A stretch of 63,817 nucleotides of DNA, counting the filler, from Octopus bimaculoides (taxonomy: Eukaryota), in NCBI RefSeq assembly GCF_001194135.2. It is 7 parts of 6 records of this genome, joined end to end, with 100 filler letters (N's around TTAATTAATTAA, not from the genome) between each part and the next. Parts side by side here need not be neighbours in the genome. Positions count along the whole stretch, not along the records: positions 1 to 12,815 come from NC_068991.1; positions 12,916 to 38,400 come from NC_068989.1; 5 more parts are not named here. One strand, given 5' to 3'. The notes under the pieces were generated by a model. That model worked only from the letters and a program-made list of their open reading frames with translations, was not told where the DNA came from and made no database searches. Positions 12,401 through 25,455 of the stretch are shown here, one piece after another. Every line of letters begins with the position of its first letter. Positions within the stretch are counted from its first letter, which is position 1. A program made the position numbers and the translations under genes.

Positions 12401-12859
12401 AGAAGAAAGCTATTAAATGGGAGAGAGGAAGAAGAACGAAGAGGGAAAAGGTAGATAAGAAGGAAAGAATAGTCTTAAACAAAGTTAATCTATGACTTTG
12501 TATGTATCACTTTCTCTCTCTCTCACTCTCTTTTACTCTTACTCTCTATATTATATGTTGAGCGCGTGATCGATGTGTAAGAACACCGATACAGGTAGAA
12601 GGGAAAAAATATAAAAGTTGCTAGAAACAACAGCCAAATCTCCCTTAAATCACACAAAGTAAACGGAATTTTAAAAATCTAATTACTGCACTGAAAAGTT
12701 CACATTGAGAACATTCCATTGATGTAAAAATTTTTACATCAATGGAATGTTCTCAATGTGAACTTTTCAGTGCAGTAATTAGATTTTTAAAATTCCGTTT
12801 ACTTTGTGTGATTTANNNNNNNNNNNNNNNNNNNNNNNNNNNNNNNNNNNNNNNNNNNN

Positions 12860-12871
12860 TTAATTAATTAA
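12860..12871. other. artificial scaffold linker TTAATTAATTAA (44 N each side)
   Basis: Identical 100-bp constructs at 12860, 38445, 43809, 51683, 54103 and 62081. The linker is a palindrome with TAA stops in all six frames. Confidence 0.95.
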
Positions 12872-13101
12872 NNNNNNNNNNNNNNNNNNNNNNNNNNNNN
12901 NNNNNNNNNNNNNNNTTACTCACTTTTGCCAGCTGAGTGGACTGGGGCAACGTGAAATGAAGTGTTTTGCTCAAGAACACATCGCGTAGCCCGGTCTACG
13001 AATCGAAACCACCATCTTACGATCATGGTGCTGACACCCTAACCACTAAGTCAAGCGCCTCTCTCTCCCTCTCCCTCTCCCTCTCTCTATCTCTCTCCCT
13101 T

Positions 13102-13170
<69 letters not shown>

Positions 13171-13371
13171 GTATATATATATGTGTGCGTGTGTATATAT
13201 ATGTATATAAATGTGTGTGTGTGTATGTATATGTATATGTATATGTATATATGTGTGTGTGTGTGTGTGTGTCTGCGTGCGTGTACGTATTGCTTTTATC
13301 TCTCGTTCCAGTCATTGGACTGCAACCAAGTAAAATGAAGCACATCAGCTGTCACTATGATCGGAATCTAA

Positions 13372-13580
13372 AGGCGGTGAGCTGGCAGAATCGTTAGCAC
13401 ACCGGGCAAAATGATTAAAAGTATTTTGTTCATCATTACGTTCTGAGTTCAAATTCCGCCAAAGTTGACGTTGCCTTTCATCTTTCCGTTGTCGATAAAA
13501 TAAGTAGCAGTGAGTACTGTAATCGACTACTCCCACTCCCGAAATTGCTGGTGTTGTGCAAAAAGTTGAAACCACCATTA
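13372..13580 (+). mobile_element. tRNA-derived SINE family B
   Basis: GGCGGTGAGCTGGCAGAATCGTTAG...GTTCTGAGTTCAAATTCCGCC...GCCTTTCATC...TGTAATCGAC. Further copies at 14690, 15120, 25100, 40710, 40925 and 57505. Confidence 0.85.
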
Positions 13581-13963
13581 TCTAAATCTTGGACAGTTGC
13601 TTTGTGCAGCAATCCCTTATCATTTTTTCTGCTGCTTGTGTTGTTACACCATTCCTGTCATCTCCATGATGCAACCAAACCAGGTTGTTCTGTGAAGTCT
13701 ACCACTTGGAATTTATCTTTAGGAGCTTTTATTGGCAACTTTTAATGACCACCCAGTATTATAATCCATTAGAGCGTCTGGGGTGAAATGCCTGGTAGTA
13801 TTTGCTATGACTCTTTACATTTTGAGTTCAAACCCTGTTGGAGTCAACTTTGCTTTTCAACCTCCCGGGGTCGACAAAATGAAGTACCGGCAAAGTTCTA
13901 GGGTCGATAGTTTTATTTAAATGAGTTTTGCCACGGCCCCCTTTTAATATGCTTATCCTTATA

Positions 13964-14023
<60 letters not shown>

Positions 14024-14090
14024 ACATATGGTATAATTATAAACAGCAAATGTTTAGCCGTTTTTCCGTAGACTGAAAAAAAATGAACAA

Positions 14091-14131
14091 CCTTAATCGA
14101 TTTTCGAACCTTATGGGTTTCTCATCAGAGG
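14091..14131 (-). ncRNA. minimal type I hammerhead ribozyme motif
   Basis: Minus strand: CCT-CTGATGA-G(A)AACC-CATAA-GGTTC-GAAA-A-TCGA-T-TA-AGG. Full CUGAUGA, GAAA and UH core, all three stems pair, palindromic loop III. Confidence 0.75.
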
Positions 14132-14544
14132 AGTACACATCATTCGGACAGTCTCTAGAGAAACAAGCAGCCAAACTGTTTATATACTCAACAAATGCAG
14201 AAGTTACTCTATGAAGGAGTCCCTAATTTGAATACAAAAGTGTTTAACACTATAAATACCAGCAATATATATNNNNNNNNNNNNNNNNNNNNNNNNNNNN
14301 NNNNNNNNNNNNNNNNNNNNNNNNNNNNNNNNNNNNNNNNNNNNNNNNNNNNNNNNNNNNNNNNNNNNNNNNNNNNNNNNNNNNNNNNNNNNNNNNNNNN
14401 NNNNNNNNNNNNNNNNNNNNNNNNNNNNNNNNNNNNNNNNNNNNNNNNNNNNNNNNNNNNNNNNNNNNNNNNNNNNNNNNNNNNNNNNNNNNNNNNNNNN
14501 NNNNNNNNNNNNNNNNNNNNNNNNNNNNTATGCAATTTTGAATT

Positions 14545-14612
14545 TAGTTCATGGACCCCCAGTACTACCTTTGCGGACCAGCAGGGGTCCGCGGACCCAA
14601 GCTGGGATCCAC
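14545..14612. mobile_element. right end of a related Charlie-like MITE (left part lost in gap)
   Basis: GGACCCCC...GGGGTCCGCGGACC...GGGATCCACTG resembles the end of the element at 43195-43447. Confidence 0.55.
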
Positions 14613-15483
14613 TGGTTTAAACTCTCCTGCACTCCAAATCTGAGGCCTTGTGCCAGTTTCAGAAACATAAAGCTTATTACGAGGACAGTGGACTGGTAGG
14701 GTCGGCAGAATGTTGGACCTTGCAGCATCTAGTACCGACGCTTAAAATTCGAATCTTGCCAAGTCCAAAATTTTCGTTTTTCCATTTCAGGGCGTTAAAA
14801 TAAAGTTTGTTATGATTTGAGCCCAGTTTATTCGGTTAGTCACTATCCACGAATTTCTGTCCAGCCTTGTAGCTATATTGCCTTTAAATTTAGGCACAAG
14901 GCCTGCAATTTCGGGAGAGAGGGTAAGTAGATTACATCGAACCTCTGGCTTCAACTCGCACTTACCTTACTGAGCCGGAAAGGATGAAAGACAAGATTGA
15001 CCTCGGCGAGATTTTGGACTCAGAACGAGAAAACGGACGAAATCCTGCTAAGCATTTTGTGCGGGGAAATAACGATTGTGCCAAGTCCAATCTTTTAGCC
15101 TTCCAACTTTGTTGCAAATTATTCCTGTACTGTTCATTGGAAGAACCGTTAGAATGTCAGCGAAAAATACCTTGCAGTAAATATTCTCTGGGTTCAAATA
15201 ATATCGAGGTCAACTTCGTCTTTAATTGGTCGGGGTTTGATAAAATACTGGAGATTAATTGAAACAAGTAATGTTTCTCCAGCACCCTCTTATCCACCCA
15301 TCAGATTTCTGGCCTTGTTTTGACGTTAGAAATAATTACAGTCATTATGAATATTAATTACGTTTTTGATCTCATTAACTAAAGAAAACCTCGCTTCGAT
15401 ACACTTATGGGCTAACACAGGCGGGAAACCTGTCAAACCGTAGAATTATATTTCATTTCCTTTTTTCTTTGCTTTACAAGTGT

Positions 15484-15630
15484 AACTGGCTGGGAAGAAA
15501 TTTGCTTCTCAACCACATGGTTCCGGGTTCCGTTCCACTTGGGCAAGTGTCTTCTACTACAGCCTCGGGCCGACCAAAGCCTTGTGAGTGGATTTGGTAG
15601 ATGGAAACTGAAAGAATCTTATCGTATATA
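15484..15630 (+). mobile_element. SINE family A fragment
   Basis: CAACCACATGGTTCCGGGTTC...CTCGGGCCGACCAAAGCCTTGTGAGTGGATTTGG. Confidence 0.8.
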
Positions 15631-17348
15631 TAGTGAGAATTTATGAAAAAAACAAACCATGGAGGTGCTTCAGCATGTCTGCAGCCGCATGATTGAAACG
15701 AATAAAAGAATATATATACAATTAATAAGAGGAATGACCACGCAAGTTGATTCCTAATATGCTGAAGATAGACGTCAAATTGCCTTACCTCGAAGAGTGT
15801 GTACTTAAGGAAAGAAAATCTCAGCAAACGCCAGAATGTAAAAATGAGCAAGACAAATGAAAATATCCCAAATAAAACGATTANNNNNNNNNNNNNNNNN
15901 NNNNNNNNNNNNNNNNNNNNNNNNNNNNNNNNNNNNNNNNNNNNNNNNNNNNNNNNNNNNNNNNNNNNNNNNNNNNNNNNNNNNNNNNNNNNNNNNNNNN
16001 NNNNNNNNNNNNNNNNNNNNNNNNNNNNNNNNNNNNNNNNNNNNNNNNNNNNNNNNNNNNNNNNNNNNNNNNNNNNNNNNNNNNNNNNNNNNNNNNNNNN
16101 NNNNNNNNNNNNNNNNNTATATACATACATACATACATATATATATTTTTTTATTCGTTTCAACCATGCAACTGTAGATATGCTGGTGCACCTCCATGGT
16201 TTTGCCTCTTTACATAAGATTCTTCTTCGGCTGATTTCCTCAGAGTTATCAGGGTTTACATCACCATTCCTATACGTAGTTCTGGGTAAGAGTATAAAAA
16301 CTGCAGAGGTAATTCTGGAAGGGCTACTACCCAAATTTCGGCTTTGAGTGTTATACAAATGCCTGAACTGGGCGCCATTTTATTGTACCAAAGGTAGCGT
16401 CTTCTCCATCTAAAATTAGGACTAGACATTACAGTTGCTTAGGGTTTAAAGGCCAAAGTTCTTGAATATCCTGTCGCAAAAATTAAGAAACCTACGCAAT
16501 GTGGACGTGAATGTTTTCAAAAAGTAAATGGACGTTCTCCTCTCCGCAGCACTGTGTGAACCAACGGCCCAGTATGGTGTACAGAAGAGGGCAGCTGTGT
16601 CAAACTCCGTCGTACACTAAAAGAGCCAACAGCCGAAGGAGAAGCACGCACAGGTGTGGAGGGATTCATGTAACCACAATGAAAAAATCAGACAAAGAAC
16701 AAATGATAGGTAAAAATTCAATGCCACCTTGGTGTTCCAGCATGATCACGACCACGTGGGTGAAACGAACAAAGGAAAAAATAGAATAATGTGTGTGCAT
16801 AGAAAAGTTATTTAGACAGCAGTTTGCAATGTTTTACCAAGGAAATCTATAATTGTCATTAAATGTGACAAGGGTGTTAGGAACGCCTACATTGCTAGAA
16901 ATAAGAGCTAAAATGCTCTAATGCTCTAGCCAAAGCACATAATTGTATACATATATATACTAACAGGGAATGTAATCGTCCGAAAACACGGTTCGAGAAT
17001 TGTATGTATGTATGTATGTATGTATGTATGTATGCATGTATGTATGTGTATGCATGTATGTGTGTATGTATGTATGTATGAATTATGTATGTATGTAGGT
17101 ATGTATGAATGTATGTATGCCATTTTTCAGTTTTATTTTAAGATTTCTTGTTAATAGAGAAAGATCCGACTTCTAACCTAGATCCAAGGCTCCTTCATTG
17201 GAATTTCAATATCAACAACAGGGTATTTTTGTTTGCACGTAATTACTTTGAGAAAGAAGACTGATTAGGAATTTTCTCACGTGCAGATTTGCACGTTTTG
17301 TTTTATGTATGTATTCTTATGCATATAGTTACATGTCTTGACATGCTC

Positions 17349-17396
<48 letters not shown>

Positions 17397-18691
17397 GATA
17401 TACTTCTGGAAAGTTTTACAGATTTTTACAGGTCCCATGATGGACTGCATCTGTATCAAGATGGGTATTTAGGCGGTGTGTTACATATACCAAGGTTCCA
17501 ATGATTACAGGTATAAACCTGAACTTGCATGTGTGTATGTATCTTTTAAAACCTTGTCGACAGTTTGCCTTCCCCATCCACGTAGATTTTTTCATTCACT
17601 CCATTTAATACAAGCTTTATTCAATATTCGTCTCCCACAATAACTTTTAGTTACTTCAAGTGTGTGTCTATGTGTCTGTTTGTATACACACAATCTTAGA
17701 TAATCAAATACTCATGCAGGCACGTGTGTATATACAGGGATTTATAACTTTAGATGATCGTGTGTGTGTATGTGCGTATTCATGTATATAGATATGTATG
17801 TATATCTATATCTATATCTGTACGCAAGTATGTATTATGCATGTATGTATGTATCTATGTGTTTGTATGTGTGCATGCATGTGTGTGTATACATATACGC
17901 ATGCATACATACATACATACATACATACATACATACATACATACATACATAAATATATATACATACATGACTGGAGTGTGTATATTAAAAGCGCATGCGT
18001 ATTCATTGTTCATTTGCGCGTATCTAAAGGGCTCGAGTGAGCTTTTTCTATTAAAGAAAGGCTTTTATGAATTGTGAAATAACTTTTAGATACGAGCGCG
18101 CGCTGTAACACCTTCAGAGCGCATATGCAGAGAATGATGTTGGTGGTGGTGGTGGTGGTACTGGTGTTGTTGTTGTTATGGTGGTGGTGGTGTTGGTGGT
18201 GGTGGTGGTTGTTGTTAAGATGTGGGAGAAGATAATGATCTTCGAATGAGACGATCTTTGATCAATCTTGCTCTAACCGCAACCATCTGCTTTTATGTCA
18301 AACATAATCAACCTTATATTACAATAACCAGCGTCCTCTTCCATTTTTCTTTTCAAAAAATGGTAACAAAATTTAGGTTAGTTTCGTTTTTTTATTATTA
18401 ATCACATTAAACTTCTAACGTTGCCTGGTTCCCTGGACTCCTGTGCGGTCTGAGAGGGCTACAACCAGTGCTGCCTAAAGAAGTGGGCACACTGAGCAGG
18501 TGATCGAGGAAGTCGTAGATATAGGGGTTTAATTCTGATCTATGTATGCTTGTTGCAGCTTATTGTGTCTAAATATATACTATAGGGACCGGTTCATTGA
18601 ATTTTCCCGGGTTGCTGTAATGCTGCCCAGAAGCCCAGACTAAAACGAAGAGTAGATCAATAGTGTGTGTATATGTATGTTTGTATATGTA

Positions 18692-18722
<31 letters not shown>

Positions 18723-18821
18723 GTTTGTATATGTTTATATATATTTGTATATGTATATATATATTATGTATCATATATAATATAATTTGTATATATATAT
18801 GAGTGCAGGAGTCGCTGTGAA

Positions 18822-18991
18822 TAGGCGCAGAAGTAGCTGTGTGGTAAGTAGCTTGCTTACCACCCATATGGTTCCGGGTTCAGTCCCACTGCGTGGCACC
18901 TTAGGCAAGTGTCTTTTACTATAGCCTCGGGCCGACCGAAGCCTGGTGAGTGCATTTGGTAGGCGGAAACTGAAAGATGCCTGTCGTATAC

Positions 18992-19025
<34 letters not shown>

Positions 19026-19085
19026 GTGTGTGTGTGTGTGTGTGTGTGTATGTTTGTACCTCTGTGTTTGTCTCCCCAACATCGC
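18822..19085 (+). mobile_element. SINE family A (5' half, ends in gap)
   Basis: GGCGCAGAAGTAGCTGTGTGGTAAG...GGTTCCGGGTTCAGTCCCACTGCGTGGCACC. Confidence 0.85.
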
Positions 19086-20277
19086 NNNNNNNNNNNNNNN
19101 NNNNNNNNNNNNNNNNNNNNNNNNNNNNNNNNNNNNNNNNNNNNNNNNNNNNNNNNNNNNNNNNNNNNNNNNNNNNNNNNNNNNNNNNNNNNNNNNNNNN
19201 NNNNNNNNNNNNNNNNNNNNNNNNNNNNNNNNNNNNNNNNNNNNNNNNNNNNNNNNNNNNNNNNNNNNNNNNNNNNNNNNNNNNNNNNNNNNNNNNNNNN
19301 NNNNNNNNNNNNNNNNNNNNNNNNNNNNNNNNNNNNNNNNNNNNNNNNNNNNNNNNNNNNNNNNNNNNNNNNNNNNNNNNNNNNNNNNNNNNNNNNNNNN
19401 NNNNNNNNNNNNNNNNNNNNNNNNNNNNNNNNNNNNNNNNNNNNNNNNNNNNNNNNNNNNNNNNNNNNNNNNNNNNNNNNNNNNNNNNNNNNNNNNNNNN
19501 NNNNNNNNNNNNNNNNNNNNNNNNNNNNNNNNNNNNNNNNNNNNNNNNNNNNNNNNNNNNNNNNNNNNNNNNNNNNNNNNNNNNNNNNNNNNNNNNNNNN
19601 NNNNNNNNNNNNNNNNNNNNNNNNNNNNNNNNNNNNNNNNNNNNNNNNNNNNNNNNNNNNNNNNNNNNNNNNNNNNNNNNNNNNNNNNNNNNNNNNNNNN
19701 NNNNNNNNNNNNNNNNNNNNNNNNNNNNNNNNNNNNNNNNNNNNNNNNNNNNNNNNNNNNNNNNNNNNNNNNNNNNNNNNNNTATACAAAGCACATGTAT
19801 ACATACCCACCAACACATGTACACACACATACAAACATACACAATACTTTAAAAAGGTTTTGGTGGGAGTCCCTTCGATGTCACAGTGCATTAGTTTAAT
19901 AAACCGTACCCCAGGGTTTTGTGATGTAAATAAATATTTATCATAAACATCACTCTGGTTTGACGGCCAGCAGCTTGTTCTGCGTGTATATAGATGTGGT
20001 ATAGGAGTAAGAACTGGTGTGTATATTCATTTAGCCGTGTAAATGAGCATTTTAATAAATATTCCGTTAATATGTAAGAGGTCGCGCCCGTTTTCAGCCA
20101 TTTCTTTTCAGCTGTACATAAGCGTTCGTTGTAGTGTATTTAATGTTTACAATCTTGTGTGTTCAAAGTGTTGTGTGTGCGTACATCTAGAAATGTGTGT
20201 GTGTGTGAGAGATATAGAGTTTGTGAGTGTGCATATGTGTATGTGTATGTCTGTCTGTCAGTATACACACACACACA

Positions 20278-20730
<453 letters not shown>

Positions 20731-20812
20731 ATATATATATGTGTATATATATATATGTACATGTATCTATGTGTGTATCAGTGTGTTTGTGTATGCATGT
20801 ATGTATATGTGC

Positions 20813-20868
<56 letters not shown>

Positions 20869-22273
20869 TTCATATGTGGGAAATTCTGTCTGTGGATATG
20901 TTTGTGGAGTTGTTACCTAACTCCTCCAACATCGTTTTATCGATTTTGATGGAACTTGACACGTGGGTAGAACTCATGTCTGGAAACCTCATGGCATACT
21001 CAGATTATTGAAAAAATCGATAATAAGGCCCTTGGAAGGGATCCTTATATATAGCCAAGTGAAATAGCCCATTCATTTTCCTAAATTATTTGGTGAAAAT
21101 GAAATTGAGTATGCTTATTCCTTAGCATTTGAACTGATAGAGTTATTCTCGCAAATTATCCAGTACAACACTTAAACAAATTAATAATATTTTTCTAAAC
21201 AATAGATCAACTTATTTCGGTTAGTGACTTATTCACGAAAATACCAACACTAGCGCCCCTGAGGGTAATATTCTCTGGGAACGCACAAAAGCCTTTTTCA
21301 GAGTTATTTACTTCGAATTGTTATTATCTCATATCTGATTAGCCTGTTATTACGTAACATGCTTCACGATTTTAGTGTATATAACTTTTTAGCATTTCCT
21401 CCAAAGTTTTATATACTCTGGGAATGCATTAAAGCCCTTTTCGGGGCTACTTTATTTGAATTATTACTATCGGGAAACTAATTTCATCTTATTACACAAG
21501 TGTCTTTACAATTTGGGTTTTCATAACTTATTGGGAATTCCTAAAAACAAGATCCTGTGTAAGACAGTTTGGTATTCTCTGTAAATGCACAAAAACCGTC
21601 TTAAGGGCTACATACTTTGTATTGCTGTTATTGGATTAGTGAAACAATTATGGGCATCGTGACGCGTAATCACGGAGATGTGAGTTTGAGTCCACAGCTA
21701 ACCACCTACACTTTTTGTCTGCAAAATAGGGGTAGTTTATCCTGTTCAGGATATTGTTGAAAGAACAGAGCCTTATTTTGAACAAAATTGTATATCTTTA
21801 TTATCATGGCTCTAATATACTCTAAAATCCTGTAAAACNNNNNNNNNNTATATATATATATATATATATATCAGTGAATGATAAACAAAATAGCAACATA
21901 TGGATTTTTGTTCACTACAGCTGTTTCGGACGTGTTTTTGATTGATGAATTGAAGTGTTACATCATGAAGAAAAGAAAAAAGCAAAGAAAAAAATGTTGA
22001 CATTAGGTAAATACATGAATACATGAATACGTGAACAAAACATTTTGAACATCTCAAGAACAAGTACAAAGTACCATTTAACTCCTCTGACTCAGATTCG
22101 ACCAGAGAGTGAAGGTTCTGAGTTAGCGTCAAAGAGGAACTTGTAAGGAGCATTGATCAGAGAGCCACTTCCCTCCTTGATTCAGGCCCCTAAAAACTGT
22201 AGCAGACCACTGCCCATCTGTTATTTGTTTGAATATAAATACGTGCGTTTGTATCTACGCGTATGTGTATATA

Positions 22274-22560
22274 CCTCCACCAACTATTCTGCCTCTATGT
22301 CTGTGCACAAATTTCAATGCAATGTATGCCACAAGGTTTGCGTATCTAACGGAAGTCTCAAAAGACATTTTAAGATCCGCAAAGATCAGAACTTATCGAC
22401 AGCTTTCGGTGGTCCACATTGGATATGCAATCTATGTGGATGTCTTTCCAAAACATTGTCTGGTTTAACAAGCCACATCAGATGCCATGATGGTGCTAAG
22501 GTGTAGGTACAGGAGGTGGTCAAACTCTGCTTAAGGAGTCGGCAACCACCAACCACCATG
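22274..22560 (+). mobile_element. LINE 3' tail (RTE-like) encoding two C2H2-like fingers
   Basis: CNVCHKVCVSNGSLKRHFKIR...CNLCGCLSKTLSGLTSHIRCH has CX2CX12HX3(R/H) spacing twice. A second diverged copy lies at 49453-49680. Confidence 0.65.
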
Positions 22561-22769
22561 CACACATACACACGCACGCATGAACTGTGTGTGTCTGTCT
22601 GTCTCTCTCTCTCTGTGTCTTTCTGCATCTCTCTTTAGATGTATACACCTCTCTCTCTCTCTCTTTCTCTTTTTCTATNNNNNNNNNNNNNNNNNNNNNN
22701 NNNNNNNNNNNNNNNNNNNNNNNNNNNNNNNNNNNNNNNNNNNNNNNNNNNNNNNNNNNNNNNNNNATG

Positions 22770-23380
22770 TGAAAGCACGTGGTTGGATGTATAAAAGATA
22801 ATAAGAGTGAAAAAACTACAGAAGGCTTGTGTTACATGGTTAAAGTATATATTTAAATTATGTCAGAAAATTGTTATAAAAATGTTATAAAATCTTTTTG
22901 GTATATAAACGTTGTATTTTGAGAAATAACCGGTTTCGTGTTGTCTTTTCAAATTTCTCTACTTCATTGTAACGTGTTCGTTCCAGTCTGAAAAAGAAGA
23001 GTTCTAGATAGGGGGAGGTAATTAGGGATTTCTTCCGGTATAGGGGAGATAATCGAAATCTAGGAGGTGGTAGAATTTGATTAATTTACCATGGTTTTGT
23101 TCTATATTTTTTTCCTTTTCTTCCCCCTCAGTGGGGTGTTGAATTTCCTTATTTAAATGTGTTAGCAATGGTTAAGTTTGGGTTTGTATTTTTGAATGAA
23201 AAAGGTTTCCTTATTTAATTTAATCTGTGTTGGTGTTTTAATGGCACATTGATAAAAAGGAAAGATTATAAATTGTGGTAGCATTTGTTTTGCGCATTTC
23301 CCAATATGATCACTAAAAGGTATCATTCGGTATTCTGGGTGTGCAATCTGCTGGCGGTGCAGAGTACATCTACGTCTGAG
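22770..23380 (-). mobile_element. Penelope-like element 3' end (GIY-YIG C-terminus plus pseudo-LTR)
   Basis: Minus strand reads LRRRCTLHRQQIAHPEYRMIPFSDHIGKC...QFIIFPFYQ...LNKETFFIQKYKPKLN. It is followed by a degenerate hammerhead core (..ATGAAG..CGAAACCGGT) at about 22925-22972. Confidence 0.8.
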
Positions 23381-24019
23381 CGATAATCCTGTGGACCCTA
23401 TCCTCCAGCCGTTACATCTAGTCCCAATCTCCTCTTTCCCTCCTCCCCTTCTTCCTCCTCCTCTTCATCATCATCATCATAATCATCTTCATTTAATGGA
23501 TTCAACATTTTTCGTATGTTTTTCTCCTTTTCTTGTTCTTTCTTTTTGCGTTTTGAACTGTTGTGTGAATTTATATCTATTCGCATGCGCCAACGCATGA
23601 GTACTCGTATATTGTTACCATTGTTTTTTTATATAATAAATAAATAAATATTTATAGATTTATAAACACACAAACATATTGATGTTTATCTGAAAGCCAT
23701 TCACCCATACAATTAATTTGCCGACACAGCGAAAGCAACTCTGGCCCATCCTCAATTCATAGTTTATATTATTAGCATTGTGTATCTATTATTTTGCTTG
23801 TGGCGGGCGTAAAGCAGTTTCCTCTCATCTCCAACATTTACATACCTATTACAATTCTCTTGATCAATCATTCGAAATCGGTCAATCATCTTGCCATTCA
23901 TCAAACTCAGACAAAACCATCGCACATTCTGTCACACACAAAAGACCCACCACATCCATGTTACCCAGCCGTTACATCAATCGCCCTTGTCATTATTTGT
24001 TATGATCGTCGAAGTTATC

Positions 24020-24580
24020 ATCATTGTTAGCTTTAATTGCATTGACGGCATCTTGACCGTCGTCGACGTCGTCGTCACCATCATCATCAACAGAAGCAGC
24101 AGCAATGACAGCAACATTGTCATTATCACAATCGTCATTAACAGTAACAATTCAACTATAACCGCCACCTCCATCACCACCACCACCACTACTAGTATCA
24201 TCACAACTACCATCGTTACAGCCACAACCACCACCACTACCAATAACAACAACACTGACAACAACACTGCCCACACCCGCTCTGCTGTTGCTCTGCTCAT
24301 CATCACCATCATCATCACCATCATCATCACCACCACCATCACCACCACCATCATCATCATCACCACCACCATCATCATAATCCCCATCATCATCATCACC
24401 ACCACCATCATCATCATCACCAACACCAGCAAGAATAACAACAGCAGCAGCGGCACTACCTTCACCGGTGCGGTCACCGTCATCATCATCATAATCATCA
24501 TCATCGTCATCGTCTTCGCCGTCGTCATCACCATCATTAACAGCGGCAACACCAGCAGCATAACGCCTAGCACCAACACC
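24020..24580. repeat. (ACC/ATC/AAC)n trinucleotide low-complexity tract
   Basis: Direct inspection; source of the spurious poly-T/I/M/D ORFs. Confidence 0.9.
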
Positions 24581-25455
24581 GACGCCAGAAGGCGCTGGTT
24601 GTATGAACTGGCGTGCAGAGATGTTGGGTTTTTTTTTTCTTGCATGACCAGGAAGGGTCAATTCTCCCCCGAATCATGCTCTCTTAGCTCCAACCAAAAC
24701 AATCGCGACACATTGGATGTTGTAGTCCCCGATACACTATGATTCAGAAGAGGAGAGGAGATGATTATCGCCGGATAATCTGTATACAGTTGTCTGAATG
24801 ATCGGGACTGACATGGGGGCTAAACGGTAAACGCAACATCAACACTACACAACCACACCATCTTTAGTATCACCACCACCATCAGCACCGCCGCCGCCAC
24901 CATCACCACTATGACTACTATCACACAACCACCACCATCAGCAGCAACAACAACAACAGCAACAGCCACAGTGGCAACCGCAAACACATCCTTAACAGAA
25001 AAGCTGTATAAACAAACCGCCCCTTACAAACTAATCTAAGATAAAAAAAACAAGCGCTTTAGATTTCGTCGGTGATAAGGCTTCAAGTATATGCTGTCAC
25101 TAAGGCAGGGAGCTAGCAGAGGCATTTCGGCCGTCTCTACGTTCTGAGTTCAAATTCCGCCGAGATCGCATTTGCCTTTCATCCTTTCGGTGCTTAGAGT
25201 AGAAAAGAATAAAATGAGTACCAGTTGATCATTAGCGTTGAAGCAATTGACTTGGCCCTCCACACCCACCGCCAAAACCACTGGTTCTGTACCAAAATTT
25301 GAAACCGATTTCTGTTGTTATTGTTTGTATTATTATGTTTTACTTGTTTCAGATATGGGATTGTGACCATGTTGAAATATTGTCTTGAAGGAACAGACTC
25401 CGTTTCAACTGTTCACAGCCCCGTCACAATTTCTGTTGTTATACGTAAACCGTAG

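Noticed and set aside
16511-16789. 92-aa ORF and opposite-strand 50-aa S/P-rich ORF
   Set aside because: No recognisable motif; splice signals do not give a consistent exon.
21913-21970. CGAAACAGCTGTAGTG on the minus strand, hammerhead-like
   Set aside because: CUGANGA is not intact (CATGATG); at most a decayed pLTR. Similar partial GAAACAGCTGTA at about 40595 and 49225 also lack the core.
22153-22506. 117-aa ORF as a host C2H2 zinc-finger gene
   Set aside because: Finger 1 lacks its last His, there are no TGEKP linkers, a frameshifted paralogous copy lies at 49453, and it is followed by a repeat-like tail. Treated as a TE tail.
23891-24742. Long ORFs of 283, 222 and 169 aa
   Set aside because: Translations of (ACC/ATC)n low-complexity DNA, open on both strands, with no domain.
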